From Methanomassiliicoccales archaeon (lineage in GTDB: Archaea; Thermoplasmatota; Thermoplasmata; Methanomassiliicoccales; JACIVX01), in NCBI GenBank assembly GCA_038850735.1, contig JAWCLO010000010.1, positions 4,117 through 68,116 on the forward strand: 64,000 nt of DNA, read 5' to 3'. The position numbers were made by a program, and so were the translations under genes. Position 1 is the first letter of the stretch; each line of letters opens with the position of its first letter. Shown piece after piece: positions 9,853 through 19,657 of this stretch. The notes under the pieces are model-generated. The model was not told the DNA's origin, did not search any database, and worked only from the letters and a program-made list of their open reading frames with translations.

Positions 9853-10115
9853 GTTGCATCCTTCCTTTTCACAATCCCCTTTTCGCAATCCTTATTTTAA
9901 AATAACATGCAAGTCAATCACTACAATGTGTTTGGTGTGCAGTTACGCGATGAATTAAACAGATGCATTTAAGGTTTAGCAATTATTTCAACATTTTGCG
10001 ATAAAATGACTAGTTTCTTCTTTTTAGGTAGCACGGTATGAGAGCCTTCAAACATGCGAATCCGCCGTGATATAAAAGAGATTATTACCCTCCGATCGCA
10101 TATTTGCGCTTTGAT

Positions 10116-10367
10116 ATGCCATCGGCAATTATATTGATCAATACGGAAGTCGGTAAGGAAGGAGAGGTGATGACTGCATTATCGAATATTCAAGGTGTTT
10201 CTGAAGTCTATTTGGTATACGGTGTTTACGATATCGTCTCGAAGATAGAATCAGACAGGATGGAAGATCTCGAGGCCATAATTAGTAATCAAATAAGGAA
10301 AATCACGGGAATTCGATCGACACTGACTCTTATAATAAGCAGAAAAGGAAAGGGCAATCATGGATGA
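10116..10367 (+). CDS. Stand-alone Lrp/AsnC ligand-binding (RAM) domain protein
   Basis: AIILINTEVGKEGEVMTALSNIQGVSEVYLVYGVYDIVSKIE is typical of the AsnC C-terminal domain. No HTH is present. Confidence 0.75.
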   Translation: MPSAIILINTEVGKEGEVMTALSNIQGVSEVYLVYGVYDIVSKIESDRMEDLEAIISNQIRKITGIRSTLTLIISRKGKGNHG

Positions 10368-10415
10368 GATGGTATCTGCTAGCAATTTCAGCTCTTTGAA
10401 AATCAAGGAATTTGC

Positions 10416-11066
10416 ATGAAAGGTGATTTCCTGACTGATTTCAAAGATGATGTGACAAAAATTCTCACACTTCTTGAAATATCGATGCCTGAGGAACTGA
10501 GACCAAAATTAAGTGGTCTGGCTAATCGCCTAAATGAGTTGAGAGATCGCAATATGCTAAAAGTAAATCATTCAATACTGGAATTGGTTGTTGCGAAATA
10601 TTTGCTTCTCGGAGGATATGAAGTCGAATTGGAGCGCGAAATCGGTGAGAACCTTGCCTGCGATGTTTGGGCTTCGAAAGGATTAGGCACACTGATTGTT
10701 GAAGTAGAAACAGGATACGTACCGCCATCGCATGCTTTGGATCCTGGCAATTATGTAAGGGCGAGAGTTGCTAGCAAAATCGCGCGATACAGTAGTTACT
10801 GCAATAAATTTTCTCTGGGAACACCACCACATTACATCCTGCCGATTCCTGAATGCTTCATAAAACCTCCTCGATTCAGAACATCTGAGGAGATAGAGGA
10901 AATTAAGCGGTACTGTGATATGTATTATTCCAACCCTCCTGTAACAATGGATGAAATCTTAAATTCAAGGATCCACAGTGTTTTCATCATTGATGTGGAT
11001 GGAGCATCAGTTAAGGAAACGGATCCCGTCGATTACGTTAATAAGTCCAAGCAATGGTATATGTAA
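10416..11066 (+). CDS. Uncharacterised protein with a PD-(D/E)xK-like (Hjc-like) core
   Basis: ILELVVAKYLLLGGYEV ... ACDVWASKG ... LIVEVETG reproduces the E / D / E-x-K spacing of Hjc-type nucleases, but the Lys position is Glu. The remaining roughly 100 aa are unrecognised. Confidence 0.4.
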   Translation: MKGDFLTDFKDDVTKILTLLEISMPEELRPKLSGLANRLNELRDRNMLKVNHSILELVVAKYLLLGGYEVELEREIGENLACDVWASKGLGTLIVEVETGYVPPSHALDPGNYVRARVASKIARYSSYCNKFSLGTPPHYILPIPECFIKPPRFRTSEEIEEIKRYCDMYYSNPPVTMDEILNSRIHSVFIIDVDGASVKETDPVDYVNKSKQWYM

Positions 11067-11270
11067 ACTGTTTCTTGATTATCTGGGTGTTTTCATATCT
11101 AATCTATTTTAAAATGTGCCCGATCAGCAAAACTAGATTTTTGGCGATAACCTCTCATTGTCTTTTGTCGAAAAATAATTCACTGAAATAAGACGAGTGG
11201 TTAAATGAGTAAGAATCTAAAATCCTGTCTGAAAGTGTTTTATACTCGGCATAGATTGTAGCAGACAGCT

Positions 11271-11912
11271 ATGGCTCCACCAATAGACTCTTCCGTCCTT
11301 TTTTTGTTGACAGTGATTCTCATAAGTCTCTCAGGAGTTATAGTCCCAGGACCCGTATTTGCTGTGACAATTGCAAAGGGACTTAAGGATATGAATGCAG
11401 GTCTTAAAATTGCGGGAGGGCATGCATCAATTGAGATCCCCCTGATAATCTCAATATATTTTGGGTTGGGAGAGCTCTTAAGAGACGATGTATTATTCGC
11501 CGTCATTGGTTTGCTGGGTGCATTAATACTCGCATATATGGCAAGAGGTCTACTTTTTGCACAGGATAATGTTATGAATCCAGAAGAAAAGGAAACAAGA
11601 TACGGTTCGTTTATTTCGGGAGCGATCACAACTGGTGTAAATCCTTATTTCATTCTTTGGTGGTCAACAGTTGGTGCGGCACTTATCGCAAGTTCTTTTG
11701 AATTTGGATTGATTATGCTACCCATTCTGATCGTTGCGCACATAGGTTGCGATTTTATATGGTACGAGACTGTCTCTGTTTTCACGCATAGATCTAAAAA
11801 ATTTATTGATGGAAAAAGACATCGGTACCTGCTTCTATTTTCTGGCTTCATTATGTTGTTTTTCTCAGTTTATTTTTTACTCAGCTCAATTCTAAAGCTT
11901 CTTGGAAGTTAA
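11271..11912 (+). CDS. LysE/RhtB-family amino-acid exporter
   Basis: Six hydrophobic segments, an N-terminal VPGPVFAVTI motif and a 213-aa length. Confidence 0.7.
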   Translation: MAPPIDSSVLFLLTVILISLSGVIVPGPVFAVTIAKGLKDMNAGLKIAGGHASIEIPLIISIYFGLGELLRDDVLFAVIGLLGALILAYMARGLLFAQDNVMNPEEKETRYGSFISGAITTGVNPYFILWWSTVGAALIASSFEFGLIMLPILIVAHIGCDFIWYETVSVFTHRSKKFIDGKRHRYLLLFSGFIMLFFSVYFLLSSILKLLGS

Positions 11913-12041
11913 ATCCTACGGAGTCCACATGTTGATTCAAGTCTGTTTTTGCAATGTAAGAGTCATTGATTCTATTACCTGAAATCTACAGCATCTTGAA
12001 ATACGTCACGTCATGAAGTATCAGAAAATCTATTTGCTTAC

Positions 12042-12950
12042 CTATTCGCTCCGTCCGACACGTGTCATCCTTTCCAAAGGCACTCTTGCCATTTCAATCA
12101 ATTTCTTATCTAGTTCGATTCTTGGAGATAAAGTTTCAAGCGCTTGCCGAATCGTGCTTAGCGTGATCATTTTCATCGAAGGACAAACTGCAGAGGGTAT
12201 TCCGTAAAATGATTTATCTGGGTTCTCTCTTTTCAATCGATGTATTAGACCCACCTCAGTTCCAATTATGAATTCATTTGCTCTTGAATCCCTAACAAAT
12301 TTGATCATTCCATCGGTGGATCTCACTGCATCTGCTAGATCTATGACTTCTGGTCTGCACTCAGGATGAACGATCACTAAAGCTTCAGGATGCTCCTTCT
12401 TAATATTCGTTATGTCTTCTGGGATAATGGCATGGTGAGTTGGACAATATCCAGGCCAAAGAATCACATTCTTATCGCTTACAAATCGCTTAATGTACTT
12501 GCCCAAGTTCTCGTCGGGTACAAATAGAATATCTTTTCCGAGTGTTGACTCCACGACTTTGATGGCATTTGATGAAGTGCAGCACAAATCCATTTGTGCC
12601 TTGCAGGAAGCTGTTGTATTTACATAGCCCACTATCTTTGCATCTGGATTTCTAGCACGAAATTCTACAAGATCTTTTGCCTCGCACATTGCAGCCATTG
12701 GACATTTTGCTCTGGGCTCCGGATGCAAAATGATTTTATCGGGGTTGAGAATCTTGGCACTTTCAGCCATGAAGTCGACGCCACAAAAAACAATGACATC
12801 AGCATTTATATTTGAGGCTTCAAGAGCGAGTCCCAATGAATCACCAACAAAATCAGCTACCTCCTGAACCTCGGCCCTCTGATAATTATGTGCAAGAATT
12901 ACTGCATTTCTTTTCTGTTTCAATTGTGTTATCAGCTTTCGATCATCCAT
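12042..12950 (-). CDS. nadA: Quinolinate synthase
   Basis: ILAHNYQ, conserved Cys residues and an overall NadA-like sequence. The start is taken at MDDRKLITQLK. Confidence 0.9.
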   Translation of the reverse strand: MDDRKLITQLKQKRNAVILAHNYQRAEVQEVADFVGDSLGLALEASNINADVIVFCGVDFMAESAKILNPDKIILHPEPRAKCPMAAMCEAKDLVEFRARNPDAKIVGYVNTTASCKAQMDLCCTSSNAIKVVESTLGKDILFVPDENLGKYIKRFVSDKNVILWPGYCPTHHAIIPEDITNIKKEHPEALVIVHPECRPEVIDLADAVRSTDGMIKFVRDSRANEFIIGTEVGLIHRLKRENPDKSFYGIPSAVCPSMKMITLSTIRQALETLSPRIELDKKLIEMARVPLERMTRVGRSE

Positions 12951-13053
12951 CTTTCGGTTAATCTGAAATATCTTATAAAAAGATGTTTGCGATTGTGAGG
13001 TCTCCCAATTGAAAGTCAATTTCTTGCATCATAATTGGAGAATTTTCAATACC

Positions 13054-13980
13054 TCACACCGCGTATTTCCTATATGCTCTTTCTAATTGATCTAGTTCTT
13101 CGTCTGTCAGGTCCAAATCAACTGCATGGCAATTCAATTCTACTTGATAGGCATTTTTCGCGCCCGGAATTGCTATTATATTTGTGTCCCGAATCACCCA
13201 GTTTAACGCTACCTGAGCCGCGGTTCTGGAATGTTTTGAACCGATTGATTCAAGAGTGATATTTAGCGGCTTTAATTTAACTAAATGACGCCCAAAAAAT
13301 GCGGGCTTTATTCTTCTCAATCCTGTCGGTTTCGCTCTTTCGTTGTATTTTCCAGTAAGCAATCCTTGCTCCAGAGGACTATATGCAATTATCCCAATTT
13401 CATTCTCACGGCAGTATTTCAAGAGTCCCCCTTCTTCTGGTTTTCTGTATATTAAACTGTAATGTATTTGATTAGAAACAATATCAGAAAATGAAAGAGC
13501 TTCCTGAGCTCTCTGAAGCCATTTTATGTTGTAATTGCTCACACCTATATATCTGATCCTTCCTAATTTAATCAGTCGCTCCATATTTCTCATAAGTCTG
13601 GAAACAGATTGAGCAGGGTTTGGAAAGTGAACCTGATAAAGATCGATGATTCCCCGTTTAAGTCTCTTGAGACTCTTGTCTACGGCTCTAAAAACAGCGT
13701 CGGGTGTAAGCCTAAATGGGAAGAATTTTGTTGCAACGAATATTCCATCTTCCTTTCTCACTATTTCACCAATAATTTTCTCTGACTTCCCCCAACCATA
13801 TACTTCAGCTGTATCTATGAAGTTGACACCTAACTCGATTGCCTTTTCTTTAGCCCGAATGATCTCGTTCTTATCGATAAGTCTATCGTATCCCCAATAG
13901 TAGCCCGTTCCCCATTGCCACGCACCGAGGCTGATCGCCGAAACTACCATATCGCTCTTCCCAAGCCGGCGGTACTTCAT
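13054..13980 (-). CDS. Aldo/keto reductase
   Basis: LGAWQWG, FIDTAEVYG, GVSNY and AIPGAKN motifs. Confidence 0.88.
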   Translation of the reverse strand: MKYRRLGKSDMVVSAISLGAWQWGTGYYWGYDRLIDKNEIIRAKEKAIELGVNFIDTAEVYGWGKSEKIIGEIVRKEDGIFVATKFFPFRLTPDAVFRAVDKSLKRLKRGIIDLYQVHFPNPAQSVSRLMRNMERLIKLGRIRYIGVSNYNIKWLQRAQEALSFSDIVSNQIHYSLIYRKPEEGGLLKYCRENEIGIIAYSPLEQGLLTGKYNERAKPTGLRRIKPAFFGRHLVKLKPLNITLESIGSKHSRTAAQVALNWVIRDTNIIAIPGAKNAYQVELNCHAVDLDLTDEELDQLERAYRKYAV

Positions 13981-14194
13981 ATCGGCGCATTATACTAAAT
14001 AAGCGTTAAAAATCCTTCTCGGGATGCCTTAACAATTTACTAGTTTGTGTTTTGAATCGGTGTTGTATAGACGAAATTTGGGAATTTTAATGCTTGGCAA
14101 TATAAATACTCTAAAAGACTTGATGGGATGGACGTGACCAGTGTATAAGTTTATAAACGAAAAATGAGGTATTTGGGATCAAAAGAGGGGAATC

Positions 14195-14446
14195 ATGCGG
14201 GTTCAGATTAACGCTGATTACTGCAAGGGATGTGGTTTGTGTAATATAGTTTGTCCGCGCGGTGTGTTTCGGCAGAGCCCACAAATCAGTGAAAGAGGAT
14301 ATTGCCTCCCGTTTGTAGCATTCCCTGAGAAATGTGCAAATTGGAAGAGAAGGGACAGAAACAAAGCAGTCTGCGAAATGTGTGTGTTAACATGTCCAGA
14401 CCATGCACTCGAATGGGAAGAAGGCGATACGAATGAGACTCCCTGA
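14195..14446 (+). CDS. 2-oxoacid:ferredoxin oxidoreductase, delta (ferredoxin-like) subunit
   Basis: CKGCGLCNIVCP and CEMCVLTCP motifs. It sits directly upstream of the alpha subunit and overlaps it. Confidence 0.85.
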   Translation: MRVQINADYCKGCGLCNIVCPRGVFRQSPQISERGYCLPFVAFPEKCANWKRRDRNKAVCEMCVLTCPDHALEWEEGDTNETP

Positions 14447-15569
14447 GGGTACATATTTTTTGCAGGGAAATGAGGCTTGTGCTGAGGGAGCAATAGCCGC
14501 TGGTCTCAAGTTTTTTGCAGGGTATCCAATAACTCCATCTACTGAGATCGCCGAAACTCTTGCAACAAGGCTTCCAGAGGAGAATGGGGTTTTCATTCAA
14601 ATGGAAGATGAGATCGCATCGATTTCCGCAGTTATCGGCGCCTCATGGACAGGCACTAAAGCTATGACAGCAACATCTGGACCGGGATTCAGTTTGATGC
14701 AGGAAAGCATTGGCTATGCAGCCATGACCGAAACGCCGCTCGTCATCGTCAATGTAATGCGAGGTGGTCCCTCAACGGGACTTCCTACACTGCCATCTCA
14801 AGGGGACGTGATGCAATCGAGATTTGGCTCGCATGGTGATTATGAGATCATAGCGCTGATTCCCTCAACGGTTCAAGATATGTTTGATCTTACGATTCAT
14901 GCGTTCAATTTTTCTGAGAGATTTCGAGTTCCGACCATTCTTCTTTCAGATGCAGAAATAGGTCATATGCGTGGTAAGCTAAAAGTTCCAAATCATATTG
15001 AAATATTTGATCGCAAAGTAAGGACCGATAAAGTTTGGCATGACGGTTTTGCGTATGATGAAACTCTCGTACCGAAATTTCCAGTCTTTGGTAAGGGATT
15101 TCGTGTGCACGTAACGGGGCTCTCTCATGATATTGCAGGCTACCCGAGAAACGATCCCGATGTACACACTGAACTTGTAACAAGGCTTTCTGAAAAGATT
15201 ATTAAGAATCGTAAGGAAATCTGTATCTATGAAATTCTTAATGAAGATGCAGAGAGATTTATCATCTCTTATGGTTCGCCCGCGCTTGCGGCTAGAGAAG
15301 TCGCTCGATCTGATGATTCAATTGGTCTCCTCCATTTGAAAACGCTATGGCCCACACCTGTAGAAGCGATAAAGGAAATCAGCGAAAAATCCTCTCAAAT
15401 CTTTGTTCTAGAGATGAATCTCGGTCAAGTATTTCGAGAGGTTCAAAAAATAGCATGTTTGGAAGGTTGTAAAGACGTGAGGCTTTTCTCGAAGATTGGG
15501 GGTGAGGTTCATAAACCTGACGAAATCGTGAAATTCATCGAAGGTGATCATGATGTTGCAATTCTTTGA
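14433..15569 (+). CDS. 2-oxoacid:ferredoxin oxidoreductase, alpha subunit (KOR/POR/VOR family, substrate unassigned)
   Basis: The N-terminus GNEACAEGAIAAGLKFFAGYPITPSTEI is typical of alpha subunits. The ATG at 14433 overlaps the delta stop by 14 nt. Confidence 0.9.
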   Translation: MRLPEGTYFLQGNEACAEGAIAAGLKFFAGYPITPSTEIAETLATRLPEENGVFIQMEDEIASISAVIGASWTGTKAMTATSGPGFSLMQESIGYAAMTETPLVIVNVMRGGPSTGLPTLPSQGDVMQSRFGSHGDYEIIALIPSTVQDMFDLTIHAFNFSERFRVPTILLSDAEIGHMRGKLKVPNHIEIFDRKVRTDKVWHDGFAYDETLVPKFPVFGKGFRVHVTGLSHDIAGYPRNDPDVHTELVTRLSEKIIKNRKEICIYEILNEDAERFIISYGSPALAAREVARSDDSIGLLHLKTLWPTPVEAIKEISEKSSQIFVLEMNLGQVFREVQKIACLEGCKDVRLFSKIGGEVHKPDEIVKFIEGDHDVAIL

Positions 15570-16386
15570 TCTGTATAGAAAGGATCGGTGGCCAACCATT
15601 TTCTGTCCAGGTTGTGGTATAGGTACCGTGATGAATTGCTTTTATAGGGCGTTTTCCGAACTCAATTTGAACCAAGATAAAGTTGTTTTTGTATCAGGTG
15701 TTGGGTGTAGTTCAAGAGTTCCGGGTTATATACGGGCTGATTCCATACATACTACTCATGGACGTGCGCTCGCTGTTGCGACAGGCATCAATTTGACCAA
15801 CCCAGCGTTGAAAGTTGTTGTTTTTACTGGAGATGGTGATTTAGGCGCAATTGGAGGCAATCATTTCATCAATGCAAGTAGACGTAACGCTGAAATGACA
15901 GTCATATGTATTAATAATAATATTTATGGAATGACGGGCGGTCAGGCATCGACGACGACCCCCTACAATGCTTTTAGCACAACGACGCCCTACGGAAACA
16001 AGGAATATCCCTTTGATCTTGCTGAACTTGCTGTGACAGCGGGCGCTAATTTTGTTGCTAGATGGACTGTTCGACATGTGAAAGAAATCATAAAATCAAT
16101 GAAAAAAGGGCTTATGAAAAAGGGATTTTCTTTCATTGAAATTGTCTCTCCCTGTCCAACTGGATTTGGAAGAAGGAATCGAATGGGTGATCCAAGACAG
16201 ATGTATGAATGGCTTAAAATCAAGACCGCAAAGAGGGAAAAAACGAGATACTGGGATATGGATCCAGTCGATCTAAATATTAGTGGACAAATAACTGTTG
16301 GTGAATTTGTAGAAAGAGATAGACCCTCACTTGCTGAGATATTGATGTCGATAAAAACTGATGCAAAACGTATAGAAGAAAATTAA
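15544..16386 (+). CDS. 2-oxoacid:ferredoxin oxidoreductase, beta (TPP-binding) subunit
   Basis: FCPGCGIG and the TPP motif GDGDLGAIGGNH...NNNIYGMTGGQ. The start is a GTG at 15544 or the ATG at 15550; either overlaps the alpha stop. Confidence 0.9.
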   Translation: MIMMLQFFDLYRKDRWPTIFCPGCGIGTVMNCFYRAFSELNLNQDKVVFVSGVGCSSRVPGYIRADSIHTTHGRALAVATGINLTNPALKVVVFTGDGDLGAIGGNHFINASRRNAEMTVICINNNIYGMTGGQASTTTPYNAFSTTTPYGNKEYPFDLAELAVTAGANFVARWTVRHVKEIIKSMKKGLMKKGFSFIEIVSPCPTGFGRRNRMGDPRQMYEWLKIKTAKREKTRYWDMDPVDLNISGQITVGEFVERDRPSLAEILMSIKTDAKRIEEN

Positions 16387-16452
16387 GACAAAACAGTTTT
16401 TACTAATAGTATAAAAATATAAGATATAAATTTTGGAGATTCTTGCCATTAG

Positions 16453-17073
16453 TCACAGAACCTCAGAAAGTCTTCTCTCTACCTCACTCCAATTGACGAT
16501 GTTCCAGAATGCATCGACAAATTTTCCTCTGAGATTCTTATAGTCGATGTAATATGCGTGTTCCCATAGATCCAAAACTAGCAGCAATTTAAATCCAGGA
16601 TAGATATTAACGTTATGTTTCTCGATCTGCATAATGAGAGGTCGTTGCGTCATTTTGCAAAATGCCAACACAGCCCAGCCAGACCCTTCAACGCTGTTTG
16701 CGACCTGTGAAAATTCATTCTTGAAACGATCAAAGCTGCCAAATTCTTTCGAAATGATTTCAGAAACCTTTCCTGTAGGCGTGCCACTGTGGGAGCTGGG
16801 TGGGGACAGATTTTCCCAGAACAAAGTATGCAACACGTGACCGCCGATGTGGAAGGACAGCTCTTTGAGGGTCGATTTCATGTCAAGAGTTTGATCATCT
16901 TTTCTGGCCTTATCAATTTTCTCAAGTATGGAATTCGCTCCATTGACGTACGCCAAATGATGCTTATCATGGTGTAATGCCAGCTGTTCTTCAGACATGT
17001 AAGGCGCTAGTTCACTATATCCGAACTTCAATTTCGGAAGAGAATATAGCTTTGCATTGTTCATTAATTTCAC
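16453..17073 (-). CDS. sod: Fe/Mn superoxide dismutase
   Basis: LHHDKHH and [11 protein letters not shown] signatures. Confidence 0.93.
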   Translation of the reverse strand: MKLMNNAKLYSLPKLKFGYSELAPYMSEEQLALHHDKHHLAYVNGANSILEKIDKARKDDQTLDMKSTLKELSFHIGGHVLHTLFWENLSPPSSHSGTPTGKVSEIISKEFGSFDRFKNEFSQVANSVEGSGWAVLAFCKMTQRPLIMQIEKHNVNIYPGFKLLLVLDLWEHAYYIDYKNLRGKFVDAFWNIVNWSEVERRLSEVL

Positions 17074-17166
17074 CCGTTTTAAGAGGGGATCAACCGTTAT
17101 TTGAAATTTTGTTTTAAATTAATTCTTGGGTTATGGTTATTTTTATCAAACCCCATTTCCTGATTA

Positions 17167-17748
17167 ATGATAATTTCATTGCGAATCGCTGGCGTCGGTG
17201 GGCAGGGAATCATATTTGCGGGAATCGTCATAGCTCGGGCAGCCTCTCTTTATGAAAATGCTGGAAATAAAGAACTATATGCGGTGCAAACGCAAACTTA
17301 TGGTCCAGAGGCAAGAGGCGGTGTATCAAAATGCGATGTAAAAATCAGTGATCACCAGGATTTTTGCCCTTTCATTGAGAAACCTGATTTTCTCATACTT
17401 ATGTCACAGTCGGCATACGATGAATTCATAGAAGACACGAAGCCGGAAACGATCGTAATCATCGATTCTGATGCTGTAGCTTCTAGACCAGATCTTCGCT
17501 ATTTTGAAATTCCCGCAGTGAAGAGAGCCAAAGAAGTGGGGAAGATTCCTGTTGCAAATATCATTATGATTGGAGCATTCGTAAATCTCACTCAATTGAT
17601 TAGCATCAAATCAGTCGTTCATGCTCTTCATGACGTATCGCCCAAAGGGACCTTTGAAATGAATAAGAACGCACTTATGGAAGGAATTGAATTAAGCAAG
17701 CCTCTAAAGTCGCTGTTTAAGAAGACGTATCGGAAAGTACATGATTGA
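17167..17748 (+). CDS. 2-oxoacid:ferredoxin oxidoreductase, gamma subunit
   Basis: The N-terminus IAGVGGQGIIFAG and the segment YGPEARGG are typical of gamma subunits. Confidence 0.85.
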   Translation: MIISLRIAGVGGQGIIFAGIVIARAASLYENAGNKELYAVQTQTYGPEARGGVSKCDVKISDHQDFCPFIEKPDFLILMSQSAYDEFIEDTKPETIVIIDSDAVASRPDLRYFEIPAVKRAKEVGKIPVANIIMIGAFVNLTQLISIKSVVHALHDVSPKGTFEMNKNALMEGIELSKPLKSLFKKTYRKVHD

Positions 17749-17902
17749 TCGGAGCAAGACGATCCGACAAATATGGTTATGACAAATCATACCTTTCGGC
17801 CTATTTCGATTTGCGCAAATTAAAATGCGTCTACAAATCATTGAAAGGGTTGTTGATAGAAAAAAGTAATATCTATATGTCAATTCACCACGAGGCGAAA
17901 AT

Positions 17903-18559
17903 ATGGATCTGGAAAAATTTCGACTCGAAGGAAGAAGATATCTTTCAGAAAGCGAAGTAAAAACCCTGCTTAATGAGAATGGAATAAAAACGACCCGTTT
18001 TGTTCTTCTCGATGAACACGAACTCGAAACTGTAAAATTGGACTTTCCAGTTGCAGTAAAGATTTCATCGCCGGAAATTCTTCATAAGACCGACGTGGGT
18101 GGAGTGATTCTAAACGTAAGGAATCAAGAGGAACTCAAAAAAAGTTACTCAGCTTTGAAATCGCAGTTTCCGGATACTCCCATATTGGTAGAACCTATGG
18201 AGAAACCAGGTGCAGAAGTAATTGTCGGTCTGATCAAAGATCGGACATTTGGGCTAAGCATCATGTTTGGCATGGGTGGTATTTTAACTGAGCTTTATCA
18301 TGATGTTGCTTTTAGACTCGTACCTATCACCAAAGAAGACGCACAAGAAATGATCGATGACATTCGTGCGAGTAGGATTTTTTATGGATTTCGTGGAATG
18401 AAGGTAAGTAGGGAAGCGATTGTTGATCTTTTGGTGAAAATTTCGGCATTTGGAGATAAATATCAAGCCGATATCAACCAGCTTGATCTAAACCCAGTAT
18501 TCGTGCGCGAAGATGATGCTGTTGTAATTGATGCAAAAATGATACTTGAACCCTGTTGA
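17903..18559 (+). CDS. ATP-grasp domain protein of the ADP-forming acetyl/acyl-CoA synthetase family (beta-subunit-like)
   Basis: LSESEVKTLLNENGI ... FPVAVKISSPEILHKTDVGGVILNV resembles the ACD beta subunit. Confidence 0.75.
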   Translation: MDLEKFRLEGRRYLSESEVKTLLNENGIKTTRFVLLDEHELETVKLDFPVAVKISSPEILHKTDVGGVILNVRNQEELKKSYSALKSQFPDTPILVEPMEKPGAEVIVGLIKDRTFGLSIMFGMGGILTELYHDVAFRLVPITKEDAQEMIDDIRASRIFYGFRGMKVSREAIVDLLVKISAFGDKYQADINQLDLNPVFVREDDAVVIDAKMILEPC

Positions 18560-18608
18560 TAAATATAAACAATGCATTACGTTGTTTATAGCAATGTGAG
18601 GAGATACT

Positions 18609-18995
18609 GTGGCAAATAGAGAAGCTCTCGCACTCGCGTATTTCAACTGTTCCAAAAGAGAAAGGGCAGCATTTGAAGCCGGTATCAAGTTGGGAACAAT
18701 ATACCATCAATTTGTTGGCACTCCAATAAGTTCATCCAATGTTGATAGCCTAGAGAAAGCTATTGAGGAGGGTGTTCGTGTTCAACCATTCGTGGAGGAT
18801 GTCAGTGTCAAAATTGATCGGAGTACTTTGAGAAGAAAGAGAAATGAGTATGACTATCAAACCTTAACTGGACAAATGCTTGATGTAAGGCTCGTGATTA
18901 AGATTGACGAAATCAGGGTTCGTGCGCGAATGAAATACATTGAAGATTTGAATTACCCGTTAATGTTTATTGAAAGCATTAGCGAGCAGCAATGA
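18609..18995 (+). CDS. mptD: Archaeal dihydroneopterin aldolase family protein (MptD-like)
   Basis: About 128 aa with FEAGIKLGTIYHQFVGTPIS, which I recall as the MptD/PF04038 signature. GTG start preceded by GAGGAG. Confidence 0.55.
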   Translation: MANREALALAYFNCSKRERAAFEAGIKLGTIYHQFVGTPISSSNVDSLEKAIEEGVRVQPFVEDVSVKIDRSTLRRKRNEYDYQTLTGQMLDVRLVIKIDEIRVRARMKYIEDLNYPLMFIESISEQQ

Positions 18996-19111
18996 AAGAA
19001 ATAGGATTTTTTTTAATTTGACAAAAAAATAATTAATATGAAAATGCCATATCCATTTTCACATCTTCCTTATGATTGATTTGTCTGAACGTCAATAATA
19101 TCGGTGGAATT

Positions 19112-19657
19112 ATGGCAAAAGGGATAAAGATTGGTATCACGGGCTTGCCGGGTGCTGGCAAGACTCATGCACTTCTCAAAGTCATCGAAATGCTGGAAGC
19201 AGAAGAAATGAAGGTTGGAGGGATGATCACCGAACCTATAATTGAGGATAATAAGAGGCTCGGCTTTTATGTAATTGACTGGCAGACGAAACGGAAGGCT
19301 GTTCTCGCTAGTACTGATATTAAGAGCAAAGTAATGGTTGGGAAGTTCGGCGTAGATCTCTCAGTTCTTGAAGAGGTCGGAGTTGAAGCGATTAAGAAGG
19401 CTTGCGAAGCTGCCGATGTTGTTGTGATCGATGAAGTGGGTAAAATGGAAGTTGAAAGCGAAAAATTTGTTGAGGCAGTTAAGGGAGCGCTAGAAATCGA
19501 AAAACCCTTACTGTTGACTCTGCACAAAAAATCGAGAAATCCTCTCCTACAAGATATTAGGAGAAGGGACGATGTCAGGATACTGGAAGTCACCCCCATC
19601 AATAGGAACCTTCTACCCTATAAAATTATGAAGTTGATGAAAGGAGAGCTCTTGTGA
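19112..19657 (+). CDS. Nucleoside-triphosphatase, THEP1/MJ1559 family
   Basis: Walker A ITGLPGAGKTH and Walker B VVVIDEVGKMEV. Length is about 180 aa. Confidence 0.8.
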   Translation: MAKGIKIGITGLPGAGKTHALLKVIEMLEAEEMKVGGMITEPIIEDNKRLGFYVIDWQTKRKAVLASTDIKSKVMVGKFGVDLSVLEEVGVEAIKKACEAADVVVIDEVGKMEVESEKFVEAVKGALEIEKPLLLTLHKKSRNPLLQDIRRRDDVRILEVTPINRNLLPYKIMKLMKGELL

